Shown here piece by piece: positions 10,215 through 22,454 of a stretch of DNA of 64,000 nucleotides. Location of the stretch: NCBI GenBank assembly GCA_965225945.1, contig CBDDBZ010000036.1, forward strand, positions 160,001 through 224,000, given 5' to 3'. The stretch's first letter is position 1; every line of letters starts with the position of its first letter. The translations under genes were made by a program, and so were the position numbers. The stretch comes from Alphaproteobacteria bacterium. GTDB taxonomy: Bacteria; Pseudomonadota; Alphaproteobacteria; GCA-2731375. The notes beneath the pieces are model-generated. The model did no database searches and was not told where the DNA came from. It saw nothing but the letters and a program-made list of their open reading frames with translations.

Positions 10215-12366
10215 ATGACGGTCGAGAGCAGATCGGGCCGACGTCGCGAAGGTGCCATCGGGGCAGCTTCGAGGTCCGTCTCCGCCTGGGCGCGAGGTCC
10301 GGGCTTGGTGATCGGGGCGCGGCTGGCGGCGGAGCGCGATCGTCTCGCGCTGTGGACGCCGGTGGCGATCGGTCTCGGCATCGCGGTCTATTTCGCCTTG
10401 CCGGCGGAGCCGAGCGATCACGTCGGTCCCGCGCTGCTGGCGCTCGCCGTCTTCGGGTTGCTGGTCAGCCGGTATCGAGGGCCGTTCCTGCTGCTGGCGC
10501 TTGGCTTCGGGGCGGCGGCGGTCGGCTTCCAGGCGGCCGCTTGGCGCACCGCCTGGGTCGCGGCGCCGGTGCTCGAGAAAGACATCGGGCCGACATGGGT
10601 CACCGGGCGGATCGTGGAGACCTCGATCAAGGGGCGGGGCTGGCGGCTCGTTCTCGACCAACTGGAGATTCCCCGTCTCGATCCGGCGCGTGTCCCGGCG
10701 CGCGCGCGGATCTAAGGTCTGGAGCCTCGGTGACGCGCCCGTCCGGGTCGGCGATTCCGTGCGTCTCCTGGCGAAACTGATGCCGCCATCGGGACCGGCC
10801 GCGCCGGGCGCTCACGACTTCGCCCGCGCCGCCTACTACCAGCGATTGGGCGCGGTCGGCTTCGCCCTGTCGTCGCCCGAGCGTTCGGCCCTCGGCGAGG
10901 CGAGCCGGTGGGATTGGCGGATCCACGTGGCCGCCTGGCGGGAGGCGATCTCGGCCCGGGTGCGAGACGCCCTCCCGGGCGCGCCGGGTGCCGTCGCCGC
11001 GGCCCTGATGACCGGCGATCGCGGCGCCATCGCCGAATCCGTCCTGAAAGATCTCCGCAATTCCGGTCTCGCCCATCTCCTCGCCATATCGGGGCTGCAC
11101 ATCGGCTTGATCGCGGCGGTGCTGTTTTTCGCCAGCCGCGCCGGCCTGGCGCTGATCGAGCCCTTGGCGCTCTGTCGGCCGATCAAGAAATGGGCGGCGC
11201 TGATCGCCCTCGTCGGCGCCTTCGGCTATCTCGTCCCCACCGGAGCGACGGTGCCGACGCAGCGTGCCTTCGTGATGACCGCCTTGGTGCTGATCGCGGT
11301 GCTGATGGATCGACGGGCGATTTCGATGCGGCTCGTCGCGTGGGCGGCGGCGCTGGTCCTGCTGTCGGCGCCGGAAAGCCTGCTTTCGGTCAGCTTCCAG
11401 ATGTCCTTCGCCGCGGTCGTGGCCTTGATCGCGGGCTACGAGACTCTCGGTCCGCGATTCTCAGCGTGGCGCGCGGGCGGCGGGCCGGGCCGGAGAATAC
11501 CGCTCTACGTCGCCGGCGTCGCGCTCACGACGGTCATCGCGAGCCTCGCCACCGCGCCCTTCGCCGCCTATCACTTCAATCGCATCGCCCATTTCGGCCT
11601 TCTGGCGAACCTCCTCGCCGTGCCGACCATGGCGCTCTGGATCATGCCCTGGGCGGTGCTGACCTATGTCGTGATGCCGCTCGGCCTCGAGGCCGCGCTG
11701 CTCGCCATGATGGGCTTGGGCATCGAGGCGGTCCTGGCGACGGCGCGGACCGTCGCCGAATTGCCGAACGCCACGAGCCAAGTCGCCTCGATGGCGCCGT
11801 TCACGCTGGCGCTCACCGCTCTCGGCGGCCTTTGGCTCTGCCTCTGGCGTGGCAGATGGCGCCTGTTCGGCCTCGGTGCGGTTCTGATCGCTTTCCTCGC
11901 GGTCCCGTTCTCGCGGCCGCCGGACATTCTGATCGACGGGCAGGGCAAAATCGTCGCGCTCAGGGACGAGGCGGGCCGAGTGCACCTTTCCATGCGGCGG
12001 GTCAAGGGATACGTGCCGTCCGTCTGGCTTCGCCGCGCGGGCGAGGCGGCGTTCCACCACGATGCCTGGCGTTGTGACGGGCTCGGCTGTATCGCGCGGC
12101 TAAAGACGCGGCGGATCGCTCATGTCTGGGACGCGCGTGCCTTGCACGAAGACTGTACCCTCGTCGCCATCGTCCTCAGCAGGACACCCGTTCGCGACTG
12201 CCCGGGCCCGCAAATCGTGCTCGATCGATTCGCTCTCTGGCGCGAGGGACCGCATGCCATTTGGCTGGAGGAGGGCGGCGCGCGCGTCGTCTCGAGCGCC
12301 GCCGTGCGAGGCGACTGGCCCTGGGTGCCGAAACGCGCCCGGGGTGGGCGCCGGGGAACTCAATAG
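10215..12366 (+). pseudogene. comEC: ComEC/Rec2 competence protein, split by a frameshift at about 10713
   Basis: N-terminal membrane part is ORF 10215-10715. The core (GLAHLLAISGLHIG, SFQMSFAAV) is in the frame of ORF 10501-12366. The junction cgg atc T aag gtc looks like one extra base, so this could be a sequencing error. Confidence 0.8.
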
Positions 12367-13049
12367 CGGCGAATGAGGCCGACCAGACGGCCCTGGATGT
12401 GAACGCGGTCGGGCGGGAAAATACGGGTCTCGTAGGCTTGGTTGGCGGGCTCCAGCGCGACCGAATTGCCCCGCCGGCGCAGCCGCTTCAGCGTCGCCTC
12501 CTCCCGATCCACGAGGGCGACCACGATGGTTCCGTTCTCCGCCGTCTCGCACCGCTCGATGATCGCGGTATCGCCATCCAGAATGCCGGCTTCCAGCATC
12601 GAATCGCCGGCCACTTCCAGCGCGAAATGCTCGCCCCCGCCCAGCATGCCGGCCGGCAGGGTGATCGAACTCGACGGATCGCTCAACGCCTCGATCGGCA
12701 TGCCGGCGGCGATCCGGCCAAATAGCGGTATACTCACGAAGTCGTCGTCGATGTCCCGCGCCCGGGAAGTGCCATCGTTGCGCCCCCCTTCCACCACGCT
12801 CGGTCGGAAGCCGCGACGCAATTGCGGCACCACCGCCGCCGGCAGCTTGATCACCTCCAACGCCCGCGCCCGGTGCGCCAAGCGGCGGATGAAACCGCGT
12901 TCGTCCAGCGCCGTGATGAGGCGATGAATGCCACTTTTCGACTTGAGGCCGAGGGCGGTCTTCATTTCGTCGAACGACGGCGAAATCCCCTTGTCGCGCA
13001 AGTGTTTGTCGATGAAGACGAGAAGTTCGTGCTGCTTTTTGGTCAACAT
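12360..13049 (-). CDS. lexA: SOS repressor LexA
   Basis: MLTKKQ winged-HTH, SPSFDEM, RIAAG cleavage site, GDSM and TLKR. Confidence 0.97.
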   Translation of the reverse strand: MLTKKQHELLVFIDKHLRDKGISPSFDEMKTALGLKSKSGIHRLITALDERGFIRRLAHRARALEVIKLPAAVVPQLRRGFRPSVVEGGRNDGTSRARDIDDDFVSIPLFGRIAAGMPIEALSDPSSSITLPAGMLGGGEHFALEVAGDSMLEAGILDGDTAIIERCETAENGTIVVALVDREEATLKRLRRRGNSVALEPANQAYETRIFPPDRVHIQGRLVGLIRRY

Positions 13050-13085
13050 CTTGTCACCTGCCCCCTGTCGCTTGCACAAGATATG

Positions 13086-13125
13086 GAACAAATCCGAAAC
13101 GTTCACTGATGTTCTAGTTTGGTTC
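13086..13125. promoter_or_regulatory. Alphaproteobacterial LexA boxes upstream of lexA
   Basis: GTTC-tagtttg-GTTC (13111-13125) is a perfect GTTC-N7-GTTC. GAAC-aaatccg-AAAC (13086-13100) is a degenerate copy. Confidence 0.85.
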
Positions 13126-13192
13126 CGGTCGTTCGTCAAGGGGGAAATCGGCCTCAGCCCCGAATTTTTGCCGCCGCACCGCGGGCGGCCGG

Positions 13193-14410
13193 TCAGATCC
13201 CGCCGAACTCGGCCCCCAGCGGCACGATCTCCACCACCTCGCCCGCCGTTGCGGCCGGAGCGTGGGGCGCGCGCACCACCAGGCAGTCGGCGCGGGCGAG
13301 AGCGGAGAGCATCGACGAATCCTGCTGCCCGAAGGGCGTCGCCACCAGGGCCCCCGCCTCGTCCCTATGCAGTTCGGCGCGCAGATAGTCCTCGCGCCGG
13401 TCGTTGGCCGCGAGATCGCGGCCGAGCCGGGCCGTCGCGCGGGCATCGGCCGTCGGTTCCAAGCCCAACATGGCGCGGATCGCCGGGCGCAGAAAGATCA
13501 AGCCGCAGACCAGCGAGGAGACGGGATTTCCCGGCAAGCCCAACATCACCGTGCGATCCAGGCGGCCGAACATCAGCGGCTTTCCGGGCCGCATCGCGAT
13601 CCGCCAGAAATCGAGCTCGAGACCTCGCCTCGATAGCGCGTCGCGCACCAGGTCGTGATCGCCGACCGAGGCGCCCCCCAAGGTCACGAGCATGTCGGCG
13701 CCCACCGCGCCGTCGACCAGACGGTCGATCGAGGCCTCGTCGTCGCGCGCGATGCCGAGATCCAGCGCCTCCCCACCGCTGCCCTGGATCAAGCTGGCGA
13801 GGGCGAGGGTGTTGGAGCTGACGATCTGGTTGTCGGCGATCGGCTCGCCCGGTCGGACGATCTCGTCGCCGGTCGCCAAGAGCCCCACCCGGGGGCGCCG
13901 GCGGACCACCAGCCAGGGCACGTTCATCGCCGCCGCGAGCCCGATGTCGCGCGCGCCGAGGCGGGTGCCCGTGCTCAAGCCCACGGTGCCGGCGCTGAAA
14001 TCCAATCCGGCGGGGCGGATATAGCTACCAGCCTCGACGCTCTCGCTGATTTCCACCACGCCCCCGGTGACGGTCTCGGTGTTTTCCTGGATGACGATGG
14101 CGTCAGCGCCCGCCGGCACCGGCGCCCCGGTGAAGATGCGCACCGCCTCTCCGGGGCCGAGCGCGCCGTCGTGGGCAGCGCCCGCCGGCGCCTCACCAAC
14201 GACCCGCAGGCGCGCCGGCACCGTGGCGACATCCGCCGCTCGGACGGCATAACCGTCCATTGCCGAGACGTCCTTGGGCGGCTGCGTCACGCGGGCGGTC
14301 ACGTCTTCCGCGAGTGCCCGGCCATGGGCGTGCGCCAGATCGACGACTTCCCTCGGCGTGCGTCCGAGGGGGGCCAGAATGCGCGCGCGCGCTTCCGAGA
14401 CGGAAATCAT
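13193..14410 (-). CDS. moeA: Molybdopterin molybdenumtransferase
   Basis: [36 protein letters not shown] and QDSS motifs. Confidence 0.96.
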   Translation of the reverse strand: MISVSEARARILAPLGRTPREVVDLAHAHGRALAEDVTARVTQPPKDVSAMDGYAVRAADVATVPARLRVVGEAPAGAAHDGALGPGEAVRIFTGAPVPAGADAIVIQENTETVTGGVVEISESVEAGSYIRPAGLDFSAGTVGLSTGTRLGARDIGLAAAMNVPWLVVRRRPRVGLLATGDEIVRPGEPIADNQIVSSNTLALASLIQGSGGEALDLGIARDDEASIDRLVDGAVGADMLVTLGGASVGDHDLVRDALSRRGLELDFWRIAMRPGKPLMFGRLDRTVMLGLPGNPVSSLVCGLIFLRPAIRAMLGLEPTADARATARLGRDLAANDRREDYLRAELHRDEAGALVATPFGQQDSSMLSALARADCLVVRAPHAPAATAGEVVEIVPLGAEFGGI

Positions 14411-14419
14411 CCAAACACT

Positions 14420-14896
14420 CTATTTCGCATTGTAATCGTCTGATTTTCCGCCAGATTTGTGCGTCAGGCGAATGGCGTCGATCCGCATGCCCCGGTCCAC
14501 GGCCTTGCACATGTCGTAGATCGTCAAGGCGGCGACCGAAACCGCCGTGAGCGCTTCCATCTCGACCCCGGTCCGCCCCGTGGTCTTGACCGTGGCCTCG
14601 ATCGAGACCGCTTCGCCGCCGGCTTCCGGCGCCAGCGCCAGCTCGATCGAGGCGAGCGAGAGCGGATGGCAGAGCGGGATCAGATCGGCCGTCCGCTTCG
14701 CCGCCATGATGCCGGCGAGGCGCGCCACTTGGAACACGTCCCCCTTGGCGATGCCGCCCTTGGCGATCCGGGCGAGCGTCGCCGCCGCCATTTCGACCCG
14801 TCCCCTGGCGACGGCGATGCGGGCGCTCTCGGCTTTTTCGGAAACGTCGACCATGCGGGCGTTGCCGGCATCGTCGAAATGCGTGAGATCGCTCAC
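14420..14896 (-). CDS. moaC: Cyclic pyranopterin monophosphate synthase
   Basis: LTHFD..MVDV, LIPLCHP, GVEMEAL and KSGG motifs. Confidence 0.97.
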   Translation of the reverse strand: MSDLTHFDDAGNARMVDVSEKAESARIAVARGRVEMAAATLARIAKGGIAKGDVFQVARLAGIMAAKRTADLIPLCHPLSLASIELALAPEAGGEAVSIEATVKTTGRTGVEMEALTAVSVAALTIYDMCKAVDRGMRIDAIRLTHKSGGKSDDYNAK

Positions 14897-15717
14897 GAAT
14901 TCACCTCCAGGGCTCGCTCGCCGGCCGGCGGGGCCAGCAGGGCACGGGTCGCGGCCGCCACATCCGTTTGCCGCATCAAGGATTCGCCGACCAGGAAGCC
15001 CCGGTAACCGGCCCGCGCCATCCGCGCCAAGTCCTGGGGACCGTCGAGGCCGCTTTCACTGACGCGGAAGGCCGCGTTCGGCATCCGCGCCGCCAGCGTC
15101 TCCGAAGTCGCGAGATCGACCGCGAGGGTCTGGAGGTTCCGGTTGTTGACGCCGACGAGACGGCTGTTCAACCGAAGGGCACGATCCAGCTCCTCGCCGT
15201 CGTGCACCTCGACCAGCACGTCCATTGCCCAGGCTTCCGCCTCGGCTTCCATCTCGGCCGCCGGCCCGTCGGCAAGCGCCGCCATGATCAATAGGATGCA
15301 GTCGGCGCCGAGGGCACGGGCTTCCGCGACCTGGTAGGGATCGACCATGAAGTCCTTGCGCAACACCGGCAGCCCGACAGCCTCGCGGGCGGCGGTCAAA
15401 TAGGCGTCCTCACCCTGGAAATATGGCGGGTCGGTCAGCACCGAAAGGCAAGTGGCGCCACCCGCCTCAAAGGCCCGGGCGAGCCTCGGCGGATCGAAAT
15501 CGGCCCGGATCAACCCCTTGGAGGGCGAGGCCTTCTTGATCTCGGCGATCAGCGCCGGGCGACCCTGCGCCGCCGTCGCCTCCAGCCGGGCGCGGAAACC
15601 CCGAGGCGGCGGCGCGACCCGGGCCGCCCGCTCGACCTCGGCGAGGGGACGATCGCGGCGCCGGGCCGCGACATGGGCCCGCTTGGCCTCGCAAATCTCG
15701 TCGAGCACGGTGCTCAT
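14893..15717 (-). CDS. trpC: Indole-3-glycerol phosphate synthase
   Basis: [23 protein letters not shown] and GVNNRNL in the C-terminal part of ORF 14893-16896. Confidence 0.96.
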   Translation of the reverse strand: MSTVLDEICEAKRAHVAARRRDRPLAEVERAARVAPPPRGFRARLEATAAQGRPALIAEIKKASPSKGLIRADFDPPRLARAFEAGGATCLSVLTDPPYFQGEDAYLTAAREAVGLPVLRKDFMVDPYQVAEARALGADCILLIMAALADGPAAEMEAEAEAWAMDVLVEVHDGEELDRALRLNSRLVGVNNRNLQTLAVDLATSETLAARMPNAAFRVSESGLDGPQDLARMARAGYRGFLVGESLMRQTDVAAATRALLAPPAGERALEVNS

Positions 15718-16754
15718 TGCGGGCTCTCGGCGCGATTGGTGATCTCCACCAGGCGGTCGAGGCAAATTTGCGCGCGCCCGGCATCGATCGCCTCGGCCGC
15801 GATGGCGACACCGTCGCACAAATTTTCGGTGCGTTCGGCGATCAATAGGGCGGCCGCGGCATTGTAGAGCGCTGCGTCGCGAAAGGCGCCGGCCTCGCCT
15901 TCGAGGAGGTTGCGAAGCGCCGCCGCGTTCGCCTCCGGAACGCCGCCCTTGATCGCCTCCAGCTCGTGCACCGGGAGGCCCGCCGCTTCGGGCGAGATCT
16001 CGAACTCGCGGATTTCGCCCTCCTCGAGCGCCGCGACGTGCGAGGGGCCGGTCGGCGTCAGCTCGTCGCTGCCGTCGCCGCCGTGCACCACCCAGACCCG
16101 CTGCGCGCCTAATTCGCGCATGGTTTCGGCCATCGGGCGGACCCAGTGACGCGCGAAGGTGCCGATCAGCAGCCGCTTGACGCCCGCGGGATTGGACATC
16201 GGTCCGAGCAAATTGAAGATGGTGCGGGTGCCGAGTTCCACCCGGGCGCCGGCGACGTTGCGCATCGCGCCGTGATGGCGCGGGGCCAGCATGAAACAGA
16301 TTCCGGCCTCCCACACCGCCTCGCGCACGAGCGCCATGTCGGCGTCCAGATTTACGCCGAGATGGCTCAGCACGTCGGCCGCGCCGGTCTTGGAGGAAAG
16401 CGCGCGGTTGCCGTGCTTCGCCACCGGCAGGCCGCAGGCCGCCGTCACCAGCGCCGAGGCGGTCGAAATGTTGAGGGTGCCGATCCCGTCGCCACCGGTG
16501 CCGACGATGTCGATCGCATCGTCTGGCGCCTCGATCCGGGTCATCTTGGCGCGCATGGTCATGGCACCGCCGGTGATTTCCGCCACGCTTTCGCCGCGCA
16601 CGCGAAGCGCCATCAGGAAGCCGCCCATCTGCGCCGGTGTCGCGTCGCCCGACATCATGATGTCGAAGGCACGGTTCGCCTCCTCGACGCTCAATGTGGC
16701 GCCGTCGGCGACACGGGCGATCAAGGCCCTGAAGTCGGTTTGCTGCTCCGCCAC
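15714..16754 (-). CDS. trpD: Anthranilate phosphoribosyltransferase
   Basis: [21 protein letters not shown] and RTIFNLLGP motifs; GTG start after GGAGAGG. Confidence 0.96.
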   Translation of the reverse strand: MAEQQTDFRALIARVADGATLSVEEANRAFDIMMSGDATPAQMGGFLMALRVRGESVAEITGGAMTMRAKMTRIEAPDDAIDIVGTGGDGIGTLNISTASALVTAACGLPVAKHGNRALSSKTGAADVLSHLGVNLDADMALVREAVWEAGICFMLAPRHHGAMRNVAGARVELGTRTIFNLLGPMSNPAGVKRLLIGTFARHWVRPMAETMRELGAQRVWVVHGGDGSDELTPTGPSHVAALEEGEIREFEISPEAAGLPVHELEAIKGGVPEANAAALRNLLEGEAGAFRDAALYNAAAALLIAERTENLCDGVAIAAEAIDAGRAQICLDRLVEITNRAESPQ

Positions 16755-16982
16755 GACCCACCTCTCCGATGGACGTCGCGCGCGCCCGCCGCGCCGCGCC
16801 CTGCCCATATATACGCCACCGCCAAGCATCGCGCGACGGGGCAATTCGCGCCGCCGAGTTTTGCCGAAGGTTGGATCGAAAGGGCGCAAGCCCCAACCGA
16901 GGCGCGCTCGCGGCAACGTCCTGGCTCGCGTTCCGGTCCCTCTGTATAGTCCGGTCGAGTCGTTGGCAAGCAGGCGCGGGCG

Positions 16983-18185
16983 ATGCAACAGGACGTCATC
17001 GGCAAGTCGGCGCTCATCGCGCTTGCCGGCTTCATGACCAGCGTCGTCATCGTGGCGGGAGGCGTGATTGTGGCCCCCCCCTCGGAGATGGAGCGGCCGC
17101 GCGAGCTACCGGCGCCCGCCGCGCCGCGCCCCACCGAGGTCGCTGCCGCGCCAGCCCCACTCGCCACGCCGGAGGTCGCGCGGGAGCGGGCGGGCATCGA
17201 CGATGCGGTGGAGCCCTGGCCCTCGTTGCTGGCCTCGGTCAGGGGCCCGAGGGAGCTCGAGGGGCGGGTCCTGGCGCCGCGTCCGGCACTGAAATCCGCT
17301 GGCGTCGTCGCCAAGGCGCCCGCCGCGCCGAAGCCCAGCTCACCGAAGTCCGAAACGACCACGCGGCTCGCCGCCGTGGCGCCGAGCCGCGACGCGGATC
17401 CAGCGAGAGCATCTTCGGGGCGGCGCACGGCGCCCCGCGACGTTCCCGCCGGCCCGCCCGGCGTGCCGCCTTGGCGCCGCTACGCGGCCTTGCCTCCGAG
17501 CGACGACAGCCGTCCGATGATCGTCGTGATCATTGACGATCTGGGCCTCAACGCCGGGCGCATGCGCCGGGCGATGGCCTTGCCGAAACCGATGACGCTG
17601 GCGGTTCTGCCCTATGGCGACGAGGTCGCGCGGCTTGCCGGGCTCGCCCGCCAGGCCGGCCACGAGGTGCTGCTGCACCTGCCGATGGAGCCGCATTCAC
17701 GGCGCGAGAATCCCGGTCCGAATGCGCTTCTGGTCGATCTCGATCCGGGCGAGGTGGCGCGTCGGATCGAGTGGAACCTCGACCGTTTCGCCGGCTATGT
17801 CGGCGTCAACAACCATATGGGTAGTCGTTTCACGGAACGTTGGGACAAGCTCGACCCCTTGATGCGTCGCCTCAGGTCGCGGGGCCTGCTATTCGTCGAT
17901 TCGGTGACCTCCGTCAACTCCGTCGCCGGCGAGGCGGCGCGGAGCTACGGCATCCCCACGGTCTCGCGCGACGTCTTCATCGACCATGTGATCGATCGCC
18001 GCAGTATCGAGGCACAGCTTCGCCGGGTGGAGCGGGTGGCGCGCCGGCGGGGCCAGGCGATCGCCTTGGGCCATCCCCACCGCGAGACCTTGGAGGCGCT
18101 CGAGCGCTGGTTGCCGAGCCTGCGGGCGAAGGGTTTTTCGCTGGCGCCGGTGAGTGCCGTCGTCGCCCGGCGGAGAACGGGATAG
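16983..18185 (+). CDS. Divergent polysaccharide deacetylase family protein
   Basis: N-terminal TM and Pro/Ala linker, then [32 protein letters not shown] and GHP. Confidence 0.9.
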   Translation: MQQDVIGKSALIALAGFMTSVVIVAGGVIVAPPSEMERPRELPAPAAPRPTEVAAAPAPLATPEVARERAGIDDAVEPWPSLLASVRGPRELEGRVLAPRPALKSAGVVAKAPAAPKPSSPKSETTTRLAAVAPSRDADPARASSGRRTAPRDVPAGPPGVPPWRRYAALPPSDDSRPMIVVIIDDLGLNAGRMRRAMALPKPMTLAVLPYGDEVARLAGLARQAGHEVLLHLPMEPHSRRENPGPNALLVDLDPGEVARRIEWNLDRFAGYVGVNNHMGSRFTERWDKLDPLMRRLRSRGLLFVDSVTSVNSVAGEAARSYGIPTVSRDVFIDHVIDRRSIEAQLRRVERVARRRGQAIALGHPHRETLEALERWLPSLRAKGFSLAPVSAVVARRRTG

Positions 18186-18190
18186 GCGCG

Positions 18191-19534
18191 GTGTCCCGGG
18201 CCGGCCGTATCGCTGAAAGCAATTCCGACTGGACGGATGCTGCTCTAGCGGCCGGGCTCGCGGCGGCTTTCCTCTGGATTTTTCCAAGCCTCGCACAAGA
18301 CCTCGGGACCGCGAGCACCGTCGAGGGGCTGCGCTGGGTCGACCCCGGGACGGGCCGGATCGGCGTGGTGGAGCGACCCCGGCGATATCTGGCCGACGTG
18401 GTCCGGGGTGGTCGCCTCTCCAACCTGGCGCGACTGGGTGAGCTCGCCTTTCGCCAGCCGGGCGTGCTCGGGGGCGAGGCCCGTCTCGCCGCGCTCTCCT
18501 GCGCGACGTGTCATCCGAACGGCGGCGCCAATACCGATTTTCTGGTGCCCGGGCTCTCCGACAAACCCGGCAACGTCGACGTCACACATAGGCTCTTCGC
18601 CGACTTTCTCGACGACGGGCGCTTCAACCCGCTCAACATCCCGAGCCTGCGCGGGATCGCGGCGACGGCGCCTTACGGTCGTGACGGGCGGATTGCGAGC
18701 CTCCGCGAGTTCACCCGGCAAGTGATCGTGCAGGAGTTCATGGGCGAGGAGCCGGCGCCTTGGCTGCTGGATGCGCTGACCGCCTATCAGAATCAACTCG
18801 CCTTTCCACCGGCGCCAGACGGTGTGAGCGACGATTCGGCGATAGCGCGGGGGCGCGCGCTCTTCCGGCGGCCGTTCCCCGCGGCGCCGGGCTCGAGTTG
18901 CGCGGCCTGCCATCCCGCTGGCGCCGCCTTCCTGGACGGGCGGCGGCACGACGTCGGGACCGGGCGCCCCCCCGGGCACTTGTTCGACACGCCGAGCCTG
19001 CTGGGGCTCGCCGAGACGGCGCCCTATTTTCACGATGGACGGGCGCCGGACCTCGCGGCGGTGGTGACGCACTTCGATACCGCTTTCGCCCTCGCGCTGA
19101 CGAGGGGAGAAGTCGACGACCTGGTGGCCTATCTGGGCCACGTCGGCCGCGTGCCGGAGGCGAGGACGCCGATCATGCTCGAGCGCGAAGTCGGGCGGCT
19201 GTTGTCGTTCCTTCCGCTCCTCGATTGGGCGGGGAAGCGGGAGTTCGCGCAAATCGGCGGCTTCGTTTCGACCGCGCTCCGGCGGGAGGCCGGGTTGATT
19301 CACGCGCGGCTGCCACGTGCGGAGGGCGCGCGGACAATCCTGCTCGGCTGGTCCAGGGCTCTCCGCGCGATGCGGGAGCGTTTCGAGCGCCGCGACTTCA
19401 TCGCCGCCAGGCGCGCCTACCGGGGCCTGGCGGAAAAACTGTCGTCCGAGGCGAGGGGGGTGACGGCGGCCGCGCCGGGCTCGCTCTATCGAGACGGCGA
19501 AATCGAGGCGGAGCGCCAGCGTCGTCAGCGATAA
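18191..19534 (+). CDS. Di-haem cytochrome c peroxidase/MauG-like protein
   Basis: Two CxxCH motifs (CATCH, CAACH), PSLRG..TAPY and TPSL..TAPYFHDG; signal-like N-terminus. Start is uncertain. Confidence 0.8.
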   Translation: MSRAGRIAESNSDWTDAALAAGLAAAFLWIFPSLAQDLGTASTVEGLRWVDPGTGRIGVVERPRRYLADVVRGGRLSNLARLGELAFRQPGVLGGEARLAALSCATCHPNGGANTDFLVPGLSDKPGNVDVTHRLFADFLDDGRFNPLNIPSLRGIAATAPYGRDGRIASLREFTRQVIVQEFMGEEPAPWLLDALTAYQNQLAFPPAPDGVSDDSAIARGRALFRRPFPAAPGSSCAACHPAGAAFLDGRRHDVGTGRPPGHLFDTPSLLGLAETAPYFHDGRAPDLAAVVTHFDTAFALALTRGEVDDLVAYLGHVGRVPEARTPIMLEREVGRLLSFLPLLDWAGKREFAQIGGFVSTALRREAGLIHARLPRAEGARTILLGWSRALRAMRERFERRDFIAARRAYRGLAEKLSSEARGVTAAAPGSLYRDGEIEAERQRRQR

Positions 19535-21429
19535 TTCGGACTGTCGAAGATCGAGTTCAGGACGCGGTCGTTGACCTCGACGACATGGATCTTCTCCAGG
19601 CCGCGATTGAACTGCTCCAGCAGGTCGTCGGTCATCGATTGCTCGAGCCCCCGCGCCAGCGTCTTCAGCTCGTCGCCCGACTTGGCGAATTCCACTTCGA
19701 CCACGTCGAGGACGCGCACGACCACCTGCGCCTCGCCGCCGACCGCCCCGCCCTGGACCACGTCATCCAACTTCGCGGCGAAGACCTCGTCGACCACGCC
19801 GGGGGAAAGCCCGGCCGCGCGGCCCATTTGCCGCCGATCGAGCTTTTCGCGTTTGGCGACGCTCATCCCAGCGCCCTTGGCGAGGCTCGGGAGCGCTGCG
19901 CCACCCCGAGCCTTCCGGGCGAGTTCCTCGACCCGCTTTTCGGCCGCCGCGCGCCGCGCCTCCCGGGTCCAGTCGGCCAGCACGGACTCGCGAATTTCCG
20001 CCAGCCGGCGCGGCGCCGGCGGCTTGATGGCGTCGACCCGCACGGCATAATAGGCGCCGACGTCGGTCTCCTCGAGCCTCGGCTCCTCGCCGCGCTCGAT
20101 CGAGAACGCCTGTCGAAGGAGGCCGGGAATTCGGGGAATGGCGGCGACCGGCTTCCCGTCGGGACCCCGGCCGTTGGCGTCGACCTGGGCGACCTTGGTC
20201 ACTTTCAAATCCAGCTCGCCCGCCGTCTGCTCGAGCGTGGCCCCGCCGGCGAGCGCGTCCTCGACTTTGTTGGTGAGCTCGAAGAGCGCGTCGCCCGCCC
20301 GTTGCAGCCGAATCTCGCCCTCGATCCGCTTGGCCACCTCCTCGAAGCTCCGCACGCCGCCGGGGGTGAGTTTCGTCACCCGGAACAGGTACCAGCCGAA
20401 CGGACCTTGCACCGGCTGGGAAATCTCGCCCTCTTTCAAGGCCTGAATCGTGGCCTCGACCTCGCCCGGCAGATCGCCCTTGCGGACGGTGCCGAGCTTG
20501 ACCTGGCCCTCCCCGAGGCCCGCCATCTCCTTGGCCAACGCGAGGAAGTCGCCACCGGCGGCGAGTCGCTCCGAGATCTCGCGGGCCTTGTCCTCCGCTT
20601 GGACCCGGATCTGCTCGACCTCGCGCGCCTCCAGGACGGTGAATTCGTCGATGCGATTATCGTAACTCTCGCGGACCTCGCCTGCGGTGACGGAGACCAG
20701 CTCCAGGAGGTTCTCGGGCCGCAGGACCAGGAAGGAAAGGGTGCGATACTCCGGCGCGATGTAGCGGGTGAGGTGCGCCTCATGATAGCTCTCCAGCACA
20801 TCGTCGCCGGGTATCTGGGGCGCCGGCAGGGCGTCGTGCTTCAAGGTCAGGACCTCGACCGAGCGGCGCTGGCGCTGATGGCGCAGGATCGCCTCCACCA
20901 TCGCCTTCGGCGCGTGGCCGCCGAGGGTTACGGAATCGATGAGCTGCTGGAGGCGCAAATCGCTCCGCCGGTTCTGCAGAAAGAACGGCTCCGACATGCC
21001 GTTCTGCCGCAGGACCTGCTGGAATGTTTCGGCGTCGAACTGGCCGGTCGGCCCCTGGAAGGCGGGGTTGGTGGCGATCTCTCGGCGGATGACGTCGTCG
21101 GCGACGGCAAGGCCCAGATCGCGCGTCGCCTGGTCGTAGAGCGCGCGATTGACGAGGCTCCGTAGTGTCTCGTCGGCGAGGCCCATCTGGCGGGCCTGCT
21201 GAGCGTCCATGTTGCCGCCGAATTGGCGCTGCAAGCGCGAGAGGGCGTTGTTGAAGGCGGTCGTGAATTCGCCCTGGCCGATCTCGATGTCGCCGACCTC
21301 GGCCACCGCCGTGTCGGGGCTGACGCGGAAAATGTCGCCGATGCCCCAAACCGCGAAACTCAGGACGAGGACGCCGAGAAAGATCTTGACGATCCAGGTA
21401 CCGGCGCCGCGCCGCAAGGAATCCAGCAT
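19525..21429 (-). CDS. ppiD: Periplasmic folding chaperone PpiD (SurA N-terminal plus rotamase domains)
   Basis: MLDSLR..LSFAVWGIGD N-terminal anchor and ISQPVQGPFGWYL; divergent from tpiA. Confidence 0.88.
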   Translation of the reverse strand: MLDSLRRGAGTWIVKIFLGVLVLSFAVWGIGDIFRVSPDTAVAEVGDIEIGQGEFTTAFNNALSRLQRQFGGNMDAQQARQMGLADETLRSLVNRALYDQATRDLGLAVADDVIRREIATNPAFQGPTGQFDAETFQQVLRQNGMSEPFFLQNRRSDLRLQQLIDSVTLGGHAPKAMVEAILRHQRQRRSVEVLTLKHDALPAPQIPGDDVLESYHEAHLTRYIAPEYRTLSFLVLRPENLLELVSVTAGEVRESYDNRIDEFTVLEAREVEQIRVQAEDKAREISERLAAGGDFLALAKEMAGLGEGQVKLGTVRKGDLPGEVEATIQALKEGEISQPVQGPFGWYLFRVTKLTPGGVRSFEEVAKRIEGEIRLQRAGDALFELTNKVEDALAGGATLEQTAGELDLKVTKVAQVDANGRGPDGKPVAAIPRIPGLLRQAFSIERGEEPRLEETDVGAYYAVRVDAIKPPAPRRLAEIRESVLADWTREARRAAAEKRVEELARKARGGAALPSLAKGAGMSVAKREKLDRRQMGRAAGLSPGVVDEVFAAKLDDVVQGGAVGGEAQVVVRVLDVVEVEFAKSGDELKTLARGLEQSMTDDLLEQFNRGLEKIHVVEVNDRVLNSIFDSPNYR

Positions 21430-21599
21430 GATCTTATTGCTTCCCGTCGTCTCGTCGTCGGCCCCCGCCCAAAACCCCCGGCGAAGACGCCGCATCATAA
21501 ATAGGCCACCATTCGGGAACAAGCTGGCGAGCCCCCGAGGCCTCTGCTAAATGAGCCCCGGAACGACCGGCGTCAACGCTGGAAGAAGGGAGGCGGACC

Positions 21600-22358
21600 G
21601 TGGCCGAAATTCGCCCGCTGATCGCCGGGAACTGGAAGATGAACGGCGCGCGACGCCAAGCCCTCGCGGAGGTGCGAAAAGTGGCCCGCGCCCTGGCGCG
21701 GCGCAGCCGAGGCGAGGCGGAGGTATTGCTCTGTCCGCCCGCGATCCTCGTCCCCGTCCTGGCCGAAACGCTCGCCGCCGCCGGCATCCACGTCGGCGGC
21801 CAGGATTGCCACGCCCGGGAGGCGGGCGCCCATACCGGCGATCTGAGCGCCGAGATGTTGGCCGAGGCCGGCTGCGGCTATTGTCTCGTCGGCCATTCCG
21901 AGCGCCGGGCCGACCACGGCGAGACCGACGCGATGGTCCGCACCAAGGCGGCGGCGGCGCATCGCGCGGGTTTGGTCGCGATCGTGTGCGTCGGCGAGAC
22001 CAAGGCGGCTCGCCGCCGGGGCCAGGCGCTCGATGTCGTGGCGCGCCAGCTCTCCCGCTCGCTCCCGACGGCGTGCACCGCCACCGACACCGTCGTGGCT
22101 TACGAGCCGGTATGGGCGATCGGTACCGGCCTGGTGGCGACCGTGGCCGACGTGGCGGAGATGCATGCCATGATCCGCGCCCGTCTGCGCCGTCGCTTCC
22201 GGGGCGAGGGTGCGGCGATGCGAATCCTCTATGGCGGCTCGGTCAATGCCGGCAACGCGGCGGAACTGCTGTCGGTGGCGGAGGTGAACGGCGCCCTGGT
22301 CGGAGGCGCGAGCCTGACGGCCGAGGCCTTTCGGCCGATCATCAAGGCGGCGGGCTGA
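21600..22358 (+). CDS. tpiA: Triosephosphate isomerase
   Basis: [25 protein letters not shown] and YGGSV motifs. Confidence 0.97.
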   Translation: MAEIRPLIAGNWKMNGARRQALAEVRKVARALARRSRGEAEVLLCPPAILVPVLAETLAAAGIHVGGQDCHAREAGAHTGDLSAEMLAEAGCGYCLVGHSERRADHGETDAMVRTKAAAAHRAGLVAIVCVGETKAARRRGQALDVVARQLSRSLPTACTATDTVVAYEPVWAIGTGLVATVADVAEMHAMIRARLRRRFRGEGAAMRILYGGSVNAGNAAELLSVAEVNGALVGGASLTAEAFRPIIKAAG

Positions 22359-22454
22359 GCGAAACGGTGGCACGACGGCGATGTCTGGTGTAAAAGCGGC
22401 GCCGCCGACCCTATCTATTCTGGGGTGCGCGGCGCAGCGGGCGGTAGAGCGACC

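Noticed and set aside
14893-16896. Apparent long fusion ORFs (trpC 667 aa, larE 647 aa, istB 744 aa, ftsX 816 aa, SelA-like 650 aa)
   Set aside because: The N-terminal extensions are Arg/Pro/Gly-rich off-frame readings of the upstream gene; the true starts are internal.
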